Counted from the stretch's first letter, positions 9,078 to 16,735 are shown. The stretch: 21,211 nt of DNA from a virus (IMGVR_UViG_2778261510_000015:1-21211); one strand, 5' to 3'. Numbers and translations: made by a program. Notes: generated by a model from the sequence alone, not told the origin.

Positions 9078-9197
9078 TTATTTGTTTTTGCGCTCCCACA
9101 TCCAGCCATCTACTTCAGACCAGATAGTGAATCCGATGCCGATTGCGAAAGTGATGATTGCCCCACCGAGAATTGGGTTGGTGATAATTTCCAGCAT
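9078..9197 (-). CDS. Small hydrophobic ORF (39 aa, one predicted transmembrane helix) between nutL and N
   Basis: Hand translation MLEIITNPILGGAIITFAIGIGFTIWSEVDGWMWERKNK; GGAG about 11 nt upstream; below track threshold. Confidence 0.4.
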   Translation of the reverse strand: MLEIITNPILGGAIITFAIGIGFTIWSEVDGWMWERKNK

Positions 9198-9361
9198 TTT
9201 CTTTTCTCCATGTGAAATGGCTTTGGTGATTTGATGTCAGGTGTCGATCTCCTGATTGCAGCTACCCATCATGCCCCAAAGGCAGGTGCTCACCGCTAAG
9301 CGTTAGTGCATCGACCTGCACATTCATCAAATCCCAAACCCATCTCGTTTGGTATCTGTTT

Positions 9362-9395
9362 GCGCTTTGTCAGCGCCCCATCGAAGTTAAAGAGC
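9362..9395 (-). promoter_or_regulatory. nutL: boxB (9362..9376) and boxA-like element (9387..9395), P22 type
   Basis: Minus-strand reading gives GCTCTTTAA (boxA-like) and hairpin GCGCTGACAAAGCGC (GCGCU stem, GACAA pentaloop), matching P22 boxB-left as I recall it. Confidence 0.75.
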
Positions 9396-9448
9396 CTGCC
9401 AATCTGTTCCGTTTGGCTTCCAGCGTCCTGCTGATGTGACAATAATGA

Positions 9449-9479
9449 ACCAATAGTTCGATATTATCAAGAACTATTG
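9449..9479. promoter_or_regulatory. Perfect 10-bp inverted repeat CCAATAGTTC-N11-GAACTATTGG in the presumed pL/oL region
   Basis: Read directly; the spacer contains TTGATA on the minus strand; candidate operator or promoter-overlapping binding site. Confidence 0.35.
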
Positions 9480-9645
9480 GTACGAAATTTTGTGATTTAT
9501 TAATGCAGCGAGATATGATTTTGATATATAAGGAAATTTATTTTTGTAAATGCTGCAGAGTGGTCTGTAGTTGGAGGGGGTATTGCTGGTGAGTTGGTTC
9601 GCGGTTTACCACATTTGCGGCTATTAAATATGGGAGGGCGATCGT

Positions 9646-9678
9646 GAGGAAAAGAAAACCCGGCGCTGAGGCCGGGTT
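9646..9678 (-). terminator. Intrinsic terminator in the t_imm-equivalent position
   Basis: 8-bp stem AACCCGGC/GCCGGGTT with 6-nt loop; on the minus strand followed by TTTTCTTTTCC. Confidence 0.6.
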
Positions 9679-9703
9679 CTGGTTCTGTTATCTAACTTAA
9701 GTA

Positions 9704-9832
9704 TCAAGCCGCTTTTTGTGAATGATTGATGTGAGCTTCAAAGTCGCGGCGTAGATTTTGAACGCGCTCTACACATCCGCGCATTTCAGCCAAAAGCTTA
9801 CTAACGGCAGTATAGTCAAACGCTTTAGTCAT
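9704..9832 (-). CDS. Small basic protein (42 aa), unknown function
   Basis: Hand translation MTKAFDYTAVSKLLAEMRGCVERVQNLRRDFEAHINHSQKAA; GAGGGG about 8 nt upstream; starts 14 nt after the stop of the 120-aa gene. Confidence 0.5.
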   Translation of the reverse strand: MTKAFDYTAVSKLLAEMRGCVERVQNLRRDFEAHINHSQKAA

Positions 9833-9846
9833 TTTTTTCCCCTCGT

Positions 9847-10209
9847 TTAAATGTAAGGCTCAACATCAAGGGCTGCTATTGCTGCGCACAATGCGTCAGG
9901 ATCGTCAGCATCGATGGCTTGAGCCAGGTCATTAGCCAGTATAAGTAACTTATCAATGACAGCGATTTCGCTGGTCTTATCAACAAGAAAGTGCGGGATC
10001 AGAGCATTACATACGTCTCTGAATGTCCGTAATTCTGCGACAACGTTCAAGAAGGTAGGATCTTTCTTACGGAGATCCACCAATGGCGCTACTTTAGCTG
10101 TTTTCAGCATTGCGCTAATCTCGCCAATCATTGTTCCATGCAGACGATTAAATTCATCAACAGCTCGGTCATGCAAGCTCTTGTTGATTGGCAATACGTT
10201 TTGAGTCAC
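9847..10209 (-). CDS. Hypothetical protein (120 aa), unknown function, in the rexA/rexB-equivalent slot
   Basis: GTG start with AAGGAG 8 nt upstream; no motif I recognise; acidic C-terminus. Confidence 0.65.
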   Translation of the reverse strand: MTQNVLPINKSLHDRAVDEFNRLHGTMIGEISAMLKTAKVAPLVDLRKKDPTFLNVVAELRTFRDVCNALIPHFLVDKTSEIAVIDKLLILANDLAQAIDADDPDALCAAIAALDVEPYI

Positions 10210-10477
10210 TAACTATACTCCTTATATAGGTGTTCGCCAACAGATTTTCAATATAATTTGGGCGATTTCTGAACAATAAGCACGATTTAGCAATGATTAA
10301 TTGATGTTAAGCACAAATATCTCTACGTCGTACATTTTTAACTATTTATACACATAAAATCTAATAAATGGATATAAACTTTATGATGATTTTTCTCAAT
10401 CGAATTGAATAATGATCTCTATCACATCACCCAAACGTCTCTTCAGGCCACTGGTTACCAGCTATGTGACGATGAAG

Positions 10478-11185
10478 TCACGAACTTTTCAGCCACTCCC
10501 TTGCCTCGATGTCATCCAGATGGCGAGATTGCTTCAGAATACCAGCCACATACTCCACCTTTGCTACTTGATGATAAGGCAACGTTATAGGCCTGTGGTC
10601 CTGGTTAATGCTTGTAAATTGGTATTCTCCATCTCTGTCATAGCCAAGAACCTTAATCATGTTGTGTCCTTCAACGGTTCTGACAAACACCTCATCACCC
10701 GGGAATACTTTGGTGTTAGGCTCAATGAGTACATATTCTCCTGATTTTATTCTGGGCCACATGCTGTCTCCTTTCACACGAAGACCAAAGGCATCTGGAT
10801 CATCGCTATAAATTTTGAGCCACCCATCGCGCTCTTCGGTCATCTCGATGGCACCATCAACACCAAGAATTGCCTCACCAACCACGCGCACTAACCCTTT
10901 TTTTAATTTGCCAACAAATGAAAGAGTATCTTCATCATTCGCTCCATTTAACGAAGTGCCGTGCTGAAGCCAAACAACATCAACGTTTAGAAATTTCGCA
11001 AGCGCATTCATTTTTTCCTGACGCGGTAAAGACTCAGCATTAAACCATTTGCTAACGCCTTTGGACGAAAGAGAAAGGGCACGGGCTATGGCCATCCCCC
11101 TACCATGTTCATCAAGACCAGCTTCTTTACAGGCTTGCGCTAGCCGCTGGGCGAATTCTTTGCGCACTTTTTCATTCTGAACCAT
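10478..11185 (-). CDS. CI-type prophage repressor (N-terminal HTH, C-terminal LexA-like S24 peptidase domain), non-lambda immunity
   Basis: 235 aa; HTH in the first 70 residues; GDSMWP (Ser) and a downstream Lys consistent with S24 autocleavage; sequence is not lambda cI or P22 c2 as I recall them. Confidence 0.85.
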   Translation of the reverse strand: MVQNEKVRKEFAQRLAQACKEAGLDEHGRGMAIARALSLSSKGVSKWFNAESLPRQEKMNALAKFLNVDVVWLQHGTSLNGANDEDTLSFVGKLKKGLVRVVGEAILGVDGAIEMTEERDGWLKIYSDDPDAFGLRVKGDSMWPRIKSGEYVLIEPNTKVFPGDEVFVRTVEGHNMIKVLGYDRDGEYQFTSINQDHRPITLPYHQVAKVEYVAGILKQSRHLDDIEAREWLKSS

Positions 11186-11263
11186 GAGTACGATACTAAA
11201 GCACTTGCAAAAACTTTCAGTTCAACCATAATGCGTACTGAAAGTACGAAAAAGGATATTCCT
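11186..11263. promoter_or_regulatory. oR-equivalent divergent promoter/operator region (pRM leftward, pR rightward)
   Basis: Candidate pR: TTGCAA, 16-17 bp, CATAAT. TAGTAT sits 7 nt upstream of the cI ATG (leaderless-type pRM). Inverted repeat ACTTTCAGT-N12-ACTGAAAGT (11225..11254) brackets the -10; related ACTAAAG at 11198. Confidence 0.5.
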
Positions 11264-11491
11264 ATGCAAAATCTTGATGAGCCGATTAAAGGTGTCGGCA
11301 TCCCTGAAGTTGCGAAGGCTTGTGGAGTTAGCGAAAGGGCTGTCTATAAGTGGCTCAAAAACGGCTTCCTCCCTAAGACTGAGTTTTTTGGGAAAACTAA
11401 ATACGCATCAAAAATCGAAGAGATTTCTGGTGGCAAATATCAAGCAAGCGAAATGCTTGAAATAAGCAAAAAGAACCTTCTGGCTGCATAA
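11264..11491 (+). CDS. cro: Cro-type HTH repressor (75 aa from internal Met)
   Basis: HTH PEVAKACGVSERAVYKWLKNG; AAGGA upstream of ATG 11264; divergent from cI. Confidence 0.8.
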   Translation: MQNLDEPIKGVGIPEVAKACGVSERAVYKWLKNGFLPKTEFFGKTKYASKIEEISGGKYQASEMLEISKKNLLAA

Positions 11492-11498
11492 GTAACAC

Positions 11499-11533
11499 CG
11501 CTCTTTATCAATCTGCACCGCCGACAACGCGGT
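11499..11533 (+). promoter_or_regulatory. nutR: boxA CGCTCTTTA (11499..11507) and boxB-like hairpin with GACAA loop (11517..11533)
   Basis: Read directly downstream of the cro stop; same GACAA loop as nutL. Confidence 0.65.
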
Positions 11534-11545
11534 AACTAATTAAGC

Positions 11546-11581
11546 ACTCATCGAAAGATGAGTATTAGTGTTTATTTACTT
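11546..11581 (+). terminator. tR1-equivalent terminator (hairpin ACTCATC-GAAA-GATGAGT + U-rich tail)
   Basis: Perfect 7-bp stem with GAAA loop followed by ATTAGTGTTTATTTACTT. Confidence 0.5.
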
Positions 11582-11597
11582 ATGGAAATAGTAAGAA

Positions 11598-11894
11598 ATG
11601 GAACAAACAAGTTACAGCAAACTATCACAGCGCGACGTTGATCGCGCAGAAACAGATTTACTCATCAACCTGTCAACGCTTACCCAGCGCGGTCTGGCAA
11701 AGATGATTGGCTGTCATGAATCGAAGATAAGCAGAACGGACTGGCGGTTTATTGCTTCGGTCTTGTGTGCTTTCGGAATGGCATCAGACATCAGTCCGAT
11801 TAGCAGGGCTTTTAAGTATGCGCTTGATGGAATCACAAAGAAAAAATCCCCGGCTGCCACCGAGGATTCTGAGCAAATTGATATGCAATTCTGA
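11598..11894 (+). CDS. cII: CII-type transcriptional activator (98 aa)
   Basis: C-terminus KKKSPAATEDSEQIDMQF resembles lambda CII C-terminus KKRPAATERSEQIQMEF; HTH in the centre. Confidence 0.75.
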   Translation: MEQTSYSKLSQRDVDRAETDLLINLSTLTQRGLAKMIGCHESKISRTDWRFIASVLCAFGMASDISPISRAFKYALDGITKKKSPAATEDSEQIDMQF

Positions 11895-11926
11895 GGGAAT
11901 TACTGGATCAATCCACAGGGGTCATT

Positions 11927-12826
11927 ATGACAAATACAGCAAAAATACTCAACTTCGGCAGAGGTAACTTTGCCGAACAGGAGCGTAATGTGGCAGATCT
12001 CGATGATGGTTACGCCAGACTATCAAATATGCTGCTTGAGGCTTATTCGGGCGCAGATCTGACCAAGCGACAGTTTAAAGTGCTGCTTGCCATTCTGCGT
12101 AAAACCTATGGGTGGAATAAACCTATGGACAGAATCACCGATTCTCAACTTAGCGAGATTACAAAGTTACCTGTCAAACGATGCAATGAAGCCAAGTTAG
12201 AGCTCGTCAGAATGAATATTATCAAGCAGCAAGGCGGCATGTTTGGACCAAATAAAAACATCTCAGAATGGTGTATCCCTCAAAACGAGGGAAAATCCCC
12301 TAAAACGAGGGATAAAACATCCCTCAAATTGGGGGATTGCTATCCCTCAAAACAGGGGAACACAAAAGACACTAATACAAAAGAAAAAAGAAAAGATTAT
12401 TCGTCAGAGAATTCTGGCGAATCCTCTGACCAGCCAGAAAATGATCTTTCTGTGGTTAAACCGGATGCTGCAATTCAGAGCGGCAGCAAGTGGGGAACAG
12501 CAGAAGACCTGACCGCCGCAGAGTGGATGTTTGACATGGTGAAGACCATCGCGCCATCAGCCAGAAAACCGAATTTTGCTGGGTGGGCTAACGATATCCG
12601 CCTGATGCGTGAACGTGACGGACGTAACCACCGCGATATGTGTGTGCTTTTCCGCTGGGCCTGCCAGGACAACTTCTGGTCCGGTAACGTGCTGAGTCCG
12701 GCCAAACTCCGCGACAAGTGGACCCAGCTCGAAATCAACCGTAACAAGCAACAGGCAGGCGTGACAGCCAGCAAACCAAAACTCGACCTGACAAACACTG
12801 ACTGGATTTACGGGGTGGATTTATGA
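11927..12826 (+). CDS. O: Replication initiator O (lambda type)
   Basis: 299-aa ORF matching recalled lambda O; contains the ori iterons. Confidence 0.95.
   Translation: MTNTAKILNFGRGNFAEQERNVADLDDGYARLSNMLLEAYSGADLTKRQFKVLLAILRKTYGWNKPMDRITDSQLSEITKLPVKRCNEAKLELVRMNIIKQQGGMFGPNKNISEWCIPQNEGKSPKTRDKTSLKLGDCYPSKQGNTKDTNTKEKRKDYSSENSGESSDQPENDLSVVKPDAAIQSGSKWGTAEDLTAAEWMFDMVKTIAPSARKPNFAGWANDIRLMRERDGRNHRDMCVLFRWACQDNFWSGNVLSPAKLRDKWTQLEINRNKQQAGVTASKPKLDLTNTDWIYGVDL
12275..12400. repeat. ori lambda: four iterons (ATCCCTCAAAACGAGGGA type) plus AT-rich region inside O
   Basis: Iterons tccctcaaaacgagggaaa / tcccctaaaacgagggata / catccctcaaattggggga / tatccctcaaaacagggga read directly, followed by an A-rich tract. 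Confidence 0.9.
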
Positions 12827-13524
12827 AAAACATCGCCGCACAGATGGTTAACTTTGACCGTGAGCAGATGCGTCGGATCGCCAACAACATGCCGGAACAG
12901 TACGACGAAAAGCCGCAGGTACAACAGGTAGCGCAGATCATCAATGGTGTGTTCAGCCAGTTACTGGCAACTTTCCCGGCGAGCCTGGCTAACCGGGACC
13001 AGAACGAACTGAACGAAATCCGCCGCCAGTGGGTGCTGGCTTTCCGGGAAAACGGGATCACCACAATGGAACAGGTTAACGCAGGAATGCGCGTAGCCCG
13101 TCGGCAGAATCGACCATTTCTGCCATCACCCGGGCAGTTTGTTGCATGGTGCCGGGAAGAAGCATCCGTTATCGCCGGACTGCCAAACGTCAGCGAGCTG
13201 GTTGATATGGTTTACGAGTATTGCCGGAAGCGAGGCCTGTATCCGGATGCGGAGTCTTATCCGTGGAAATCAAACGCGCACTACTGGCTGGTTACCAACC
13301 TGTATCAGAACATGCGGGCCAATGCGCTTACTGATGCGGAATTACGGCGCAAGGCTGCCGATGAACTGACCTGTATGACAGCGCGAATTAACCGTGGTGA
13401 GACGATACCTGAACCAGTAAAACAACTTCCTGTTATGGGCGGTAGACCTCTAAATCGTGCACAGGCTCTGGCGAAGATCGCAGAAATTAAAGCTAAGTTC
13501 GGACTGAAAGGAGCAAGTGTATGA
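12823..13524 (+). CDS. P: Replication protein P (DnaB loader)
   Basis: 233-aa ORF matching recalled lambda P. Confidence 0.95.
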   Translation: MKNIAAQMVNFDREQMRRIANNMPEQYDEKPQVQQVAQIINGVFSQLLATFPASLANRDQNELNEIRRQWVLAFRENGITTMEQVNAGMRVARRQNRPFLPSPGQFVAWCREEASVIAGLPNVSELVDMVYEYCRKRGLYPDAESYPWKSNAHYWLVTNLYQNMRANALTDAELRRKAADELTCMTARINRGETIPEPVKQLPVMGGRPLNRAQALAKIAEIKAKFGLKGASV

Positions 13525-13811
13525 CGGGCAAAGAGGCAATTATTCATTACCTGGGGACGCATAATAGCTTCTGTGCGCCGGACGTTGCCGCGCTAACAGG
13601 CGCAACAGTAACCAGCATAAATCAGGCCGCGGCTAAAATGGCACGGGCAGGTCTTCTGGTTATCGAAGGTAAGGTCTGGCGAACGGTGTATTACCGGTTT
13701 GCTACCAGGGAAGAACGGGAAGGAAAGATGAGCACGAACCTGATTTTTAAGGAGTGTCGCCAGAGTGCCGCGATGAAACGGGTATTGGCGGTATATGGAG
13801 TTAAAAGATGA
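13521..13811 (+). CDS. ren: Ren
   Basis: 96-aa ORF matching recalled lambda Ren. Confidence 0.9.
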   Translation: MTGKEAIIHYLGTHNSFCAPDVAALTGATVTSINQAAAKMARAGLLVIEGKVWRTVYYRFATREEREGKMSTNLIFKECRQSAAMKRVLAVYGVKR

Positions 13812-13836
13812 CCATCTACATTACTGAGCTAATAAC

Positions 13837-13868
13837 AGGCCTGCTGGTAATCGCAGGCCTTTTTATTT
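13837..13868 (+). terminator. tR2 intrinsic terminator
   Basis: Hairpin AGGCCTGC-TGGTAATC-GCAGGCCT followed by TTTTATTT; matches my recollection of lambda tR2. Confidence 0.8.
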
Positions 13869-13883
13869 GGGGGAGGGTAAATC

Positions 13884-14090
13884 GTGGCTGAGTTAATTTT
13901 CTCTGCATTGAGGATTCTCGGTGCTATGTGGATGGTGGCGACGTTCATTGTTGTTGCCAGCAGTTTTGTCCGGTTGGTAGGCGAAGGTAAAGACCTGGTG
14001 GGTGTGCTTTTCGGTAGCATTTTCCTGTGGGTGATTATCGGTGTTATGCCTGTTGTCGTAGCAAAAGTGGCGTGGCGTTTTGTGAGTTGA
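13884..14090 (+). CDS. Small membrane protein (68 aa, two predicted transmembrane helices), unknown function
   Basis: GTG start with GGAGGG 7 nt upstream; two hydrophobic stretches; sits between tR2 and ninB where lambda has only a short spacer. Confidence 0.6.
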   Translation: MAELIFSALRILGAMWMVATFIVVASSFVRLVGEGKDLVGVLFGSIFLWVIIGVMPVVVAKVAWRFVS

Positions 14091-14097
14091 GGTAACG

Positions 14098-14544
14098 ATG
14101 AAGCAAATATACATGCTTCGCAACGAAGCAATCAGAAACAACGCCATAGACGCAATACTCTCACTTCCGATCGACGACAAGTCACCTCACGAAGTCCACA
14201 TTAAAGAACCAAAGCGGAGCAATCCTCAAAACCGCCTTATGTGGGCGTTATTGCAGGACGTATCGCGTCAGGTGCTTTGGCATGGAGAGAGACTTGCGCC
14301 GGAGGACTGGAAAGACCTGTTCACTGCCCTGTGGCTTAAGACCAAAAAACTGGAGCAACGAAGTGCGCCTGGTATCGACGGTGGCGTTGTTATGCTTGGC
14401 GTGCGTACCAGCAAAATGCGAAAGGCCAGCATGACTGAGCTTATCGAAATCATGTTCTGGTTCGGCTCAGAGCGCAACGTGCGGTGGAGTGATGACTCCC
14501 GGCGAGAGTATGAATGGTCACAACGAAAAGGGAAGGCTGCATGA
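14098..14544 (+). CDS. ninB: NinB/Orf-family recombination mediator (divergent from lambda NinB)
   Basis: 148 aa; shares the NinB core pattern ...QNR.LWA.L.DVSRQV.WHG... with recalled lambda NinB. Confidence 0.75.
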   Translation: MKQIYMLRNEAIRNNAIDAILSLPIDDKSPHEVHIKEPKRSNPQNRLMWALLQDVSRQVLWHGERLAPEDWKDLFTALWLKTKKLEQRSAPGIDGGVVMLGVRTSKMRKASMTELIEIMFWFGSERNVRWSDDSRREYEWSQRKGKAA

Positions 14545-15068
14545 CTATCAAATCAAATACGCCAGCACACGACAAGGACTGCTGGCAAACGCCGCTTTGG
14601 CTTTTTGATGCGCTGGATATTGAGTTTGGATTCTGGCTGGATTCAGCTGCGAGCGACAAAAACGCTCTGTGCGCTCACTGGCTAACTGAGGCCGACGACG
14701 CGCTAAATTCTGAGTGGATAAGCCACGGTGCAATCTGGAATAACCCACCGTACAGCAATATCAGGCCGTGGGTGGAAAAAGCCGCTGAGCAGTGCATACA
14801 ACAGCGACAGACGGTAGTTATGCTTGTGCCAGAGGATATGTCAGTCGGATGGTTCAGCAAGGCTCTGGAGAGTGTCGACGAAGTTCGTATTATCACTGAT
14901 GGACGGATTAATTTTATCGAACCATCGACGGGGCTGGAGAAGAAGGGAAACAGCAAAGGCTCCATGCTGCTGATTTGGCGACCGTTCATCAGTCCTCGAC
15001 GGATGTTTACTACCGTATCCAAAGCGGCATTGATGGCGATCGGGCAGGGTGTCAGGAGGGCTGCATGA
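14541..15068 (+). CDS. Phage Dam-type N6-adenine DNA methyltransferase (175 aa)
   Basis: NPPY catalytic motif (IWNNPPYSN); start ATG overlaps ninB stop (ATGA). Confidence 0.8.
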   Translation: MTIKSNTPAHDKDCWQTPLWLFDALDIEFGFWLDSAASDKNALCAHWLTEADDALNSEWISHGAIWNNPPYSNIRPWVEKAAEQCIQQRQTVVMLVPEDMSVGWFSKALESVDEVRIITDGRINFIEPSTGLEKKGNSKGSMLLIWRPFISPRRMFTTVSKAALMAIGQGVRRAA

Positions 15069-15910
15069 TAAATGTCGTTAGTTTCTCAGGTGGCAGGACG
15101 TCAGCATATTTGCTCTGGCTAATGGAGCAAAAGCGACAGGCAGGTGAAGACGTGCATTACGTTTTCATGGATACAGGGGCAGAGCACCCTAAAACATATG
15201 AGTTCATCCGAAATATCGTCAGTAACTGGAAAATAGACTTATATTGCCTTCGTGTAATACCTAATCCAGAAATGGGGAAGGCCAGTAGTTATGAAGAGAT
15301 AGGTGTCAATGATATTGGTCCAGATCTTATACCGTGGAAAAGGATGTTGAATAAATACGGACATCCATATATCGGCGGTGCGTTCTGTACCGACAGAATG
15401 AAGTCTGTTCCATTCACCAAATATTGTCAGGAAAAGTTTGGGAAAGGAAATTACATCACATGGCTTGGCATTCGCACAGATGAACCAAACAGGCTTAAAA
15501 GGGCTAATGGTTTTCGGTACCTGGCTGATATAAGCGATTTTGAAAAACAGGATGTGCTTGATTGGTGGAGTGAGCAGAAGTTTGATCTTGGCATACAGGA
15601 GCATCTTGGTAATTGTGTTTTCTGCATAAAAAAAAGTATGCAAAAGGTGGCGCTGGCAGCCATGGATGAGCCAGAACTTGCAGATGCATTTATCAACATC
15701 CTTGATACAGAAATAAAAACAGGAAAGGAACCGGTTATGTATCGAGGGAATAATACACTTAAATCACTGATTGCCTTGTTTAGTGATATATCAAGAGATG
15801 AGTTAGCCTCAAGAATGACATCAATGCGACAGTATGATTCAGGTTCGTGTTCTGAATCATGTGAAGCATTTTCATGTCAGCTTGGATTTAATTTTGAGGA
15901 TGCGTCATGA
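15065..15910 (+). CDS. PAPS-reductase-family PP-loop protein (281 aa), occupying the ninC position
   Basis: PP-loop [12 protein letters not shown] near N-terminus; start overlaps methyltransferase stop (ATGA). Confidence 0.7.
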   Translation: MINVVSFSGGRTSAYLLWLMEQKRQAGEDVHYVFMDTGAEHPKTYEFIRNIVSNWKIDLYCLRVIPNPEMGKASSYEEIGVNDIGPDLIPWKRMLNKYGHPYIGGAFCTDRMKSVPFTKYCQEKFGKGNYITWLGIRTDEPNRLKRANGFRYLADISDFEKQDVLDWWSEQKFDLGIQEHLGNCVFCIKKSMQKVALAAMDEPELADAFINILDTEIKTGKEPVMYRGNNTLKSLIALFSDISRDELASRMTSMRQYDSGSCSESCEAFSCQLGFNFEDAS

Positions 15911-16089
15911 GACGACAGCGACGAAGTATCACCGACATCATCTGCGAAAACTGCAAATACCTTCCAACGAAACGCTCCAGAAATAAACGCAAGCCAATCC
16001 CAAAAGAATCTGACGTAAAAACCTTCAACTACACGGCTCACCTGTGGGATATCCGGTGGCTTAGAGAACGTGCGAGGAAAACAAGGTGA
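15907..16089 (+). CDS. ninE: NinE (60 aa)
   Basis: Matches recalled lambda NinE. Confidence 0.8.
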   Translation: MRRQRRSITDIICENCKYLPTKRSRNKRKPIPKESDVKTFNYTAHLWDIRWLRERARKTR

Positions 16090-16189
16090 TTGACCCAAAT
16101 CGAAGTTACGAACAAGAAAGCGTCGAGCGAGCTTTAACGTGCGCTAACTGCGGTCAGAAGCTGCATGTGCTGGAGGTTCACGTGTGTGA

Positions 16190-16735
16190 GCGTTGTATAT
16201 ATGAATGCTTAAATATGGTGGAACATAATGAGAAATATAAGCAACATAGACGAATTAAGAAATAAATTATCATATGATGATGTTTTAGGTGTGCTTAGAT
16301 GGAAAGTGTCTCCTTCTAATAATGTTAAGGTTGGCAGTGTTGCTGGTTACATTAGGAGTGATGGTTATAGGATGTTAACTATCGATGGTGTAATTACTTA
16401 TGCTCACCACGTTATATGGATGATAAATAATGGTGAGATTCCATTAGGGTATAAAATTGATCATATAAATGGAGTAAGGTCAGATAATAGGCTATCTAAT
16501 CTTCGATTGGTTACACACCAACAAAATGCACAGAACCAAAAGAGAAAAATAACCAATTCGTCAGGAGTGACTGGAGTGTATTTCAATAAAGAGAGATGCA
16601 AGTGGATTGCGAATATATGCGTAGATGGGCGCACCAAATATCTTGGAATATTTGCTAGCATCATTGACGCTATTGCAGAAAGGAAGAGGGCAGAAAAAGA
16701 ACTGGGTTTTCATGAAAACCATGGCAGACCATAAC
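16190..16735 (+). mobile_element. Free-standing homing endonuclease gene insertion within ninF (approximate boundaries)
   Basis: AT-rich block interrupting a conserved gene and carrying an HNH ORF; left boundary after gtgtgtgag, right boundary at the HNH stop. Confidence 0.65.
16228..16734 (+). CDS. HNH homing endonuclease with C-terminal AP2-like DNA-binding domain (168 aa)
   Basis: HNH_3-type motif IDHINGVRSDNRLSNLRLVTHQQNAQN; AP2-like segment SGVTGVYFNKERCKWIANICVDGRTKYLGIF; markedly AT-rich codon usage. Confidence 0.8.
   Translation: MRNISNIDELRNKLSYDDVLGVLRWKVSPSNNVKVGSVAGYIRSDGYRMLTIDGVITYAHHVIWMINNGEIPLGYKIDHINGVRSDNRLSNLRLVTHQQNAQNQKRKITNSSGVTGVYFNKERCKWIANICVDGRTKYLGIFASIIDAIAERKRAEKELGFHENHGRP

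Noticed and set aside
9503-9592. 29-codon Cys-rich plus-strand ORF in the pL region
   Set aside because: No RBS, opposite to local transcription, and lies in AT-rich regulatory DNA; likely chance ORF.
12243-13064. Alternative-frame ORFs within O and P (12243..12512, 12475..12798, 12557..12751, 12735..13064)
   Set aside because: O and P are full-length matches to the lambda proteins; these are frame shadows, one of them created by the repetitive ori iterons.
14975-15064. N-terminal 30-codon extension of the PAPS-reductase-like ORF
   Set aside because: The extension lies entirely inside the methyltransferase gene; the ATG at 15065 gives an ATGA coupled start and places the PP-loop near the N-terminus as expected.
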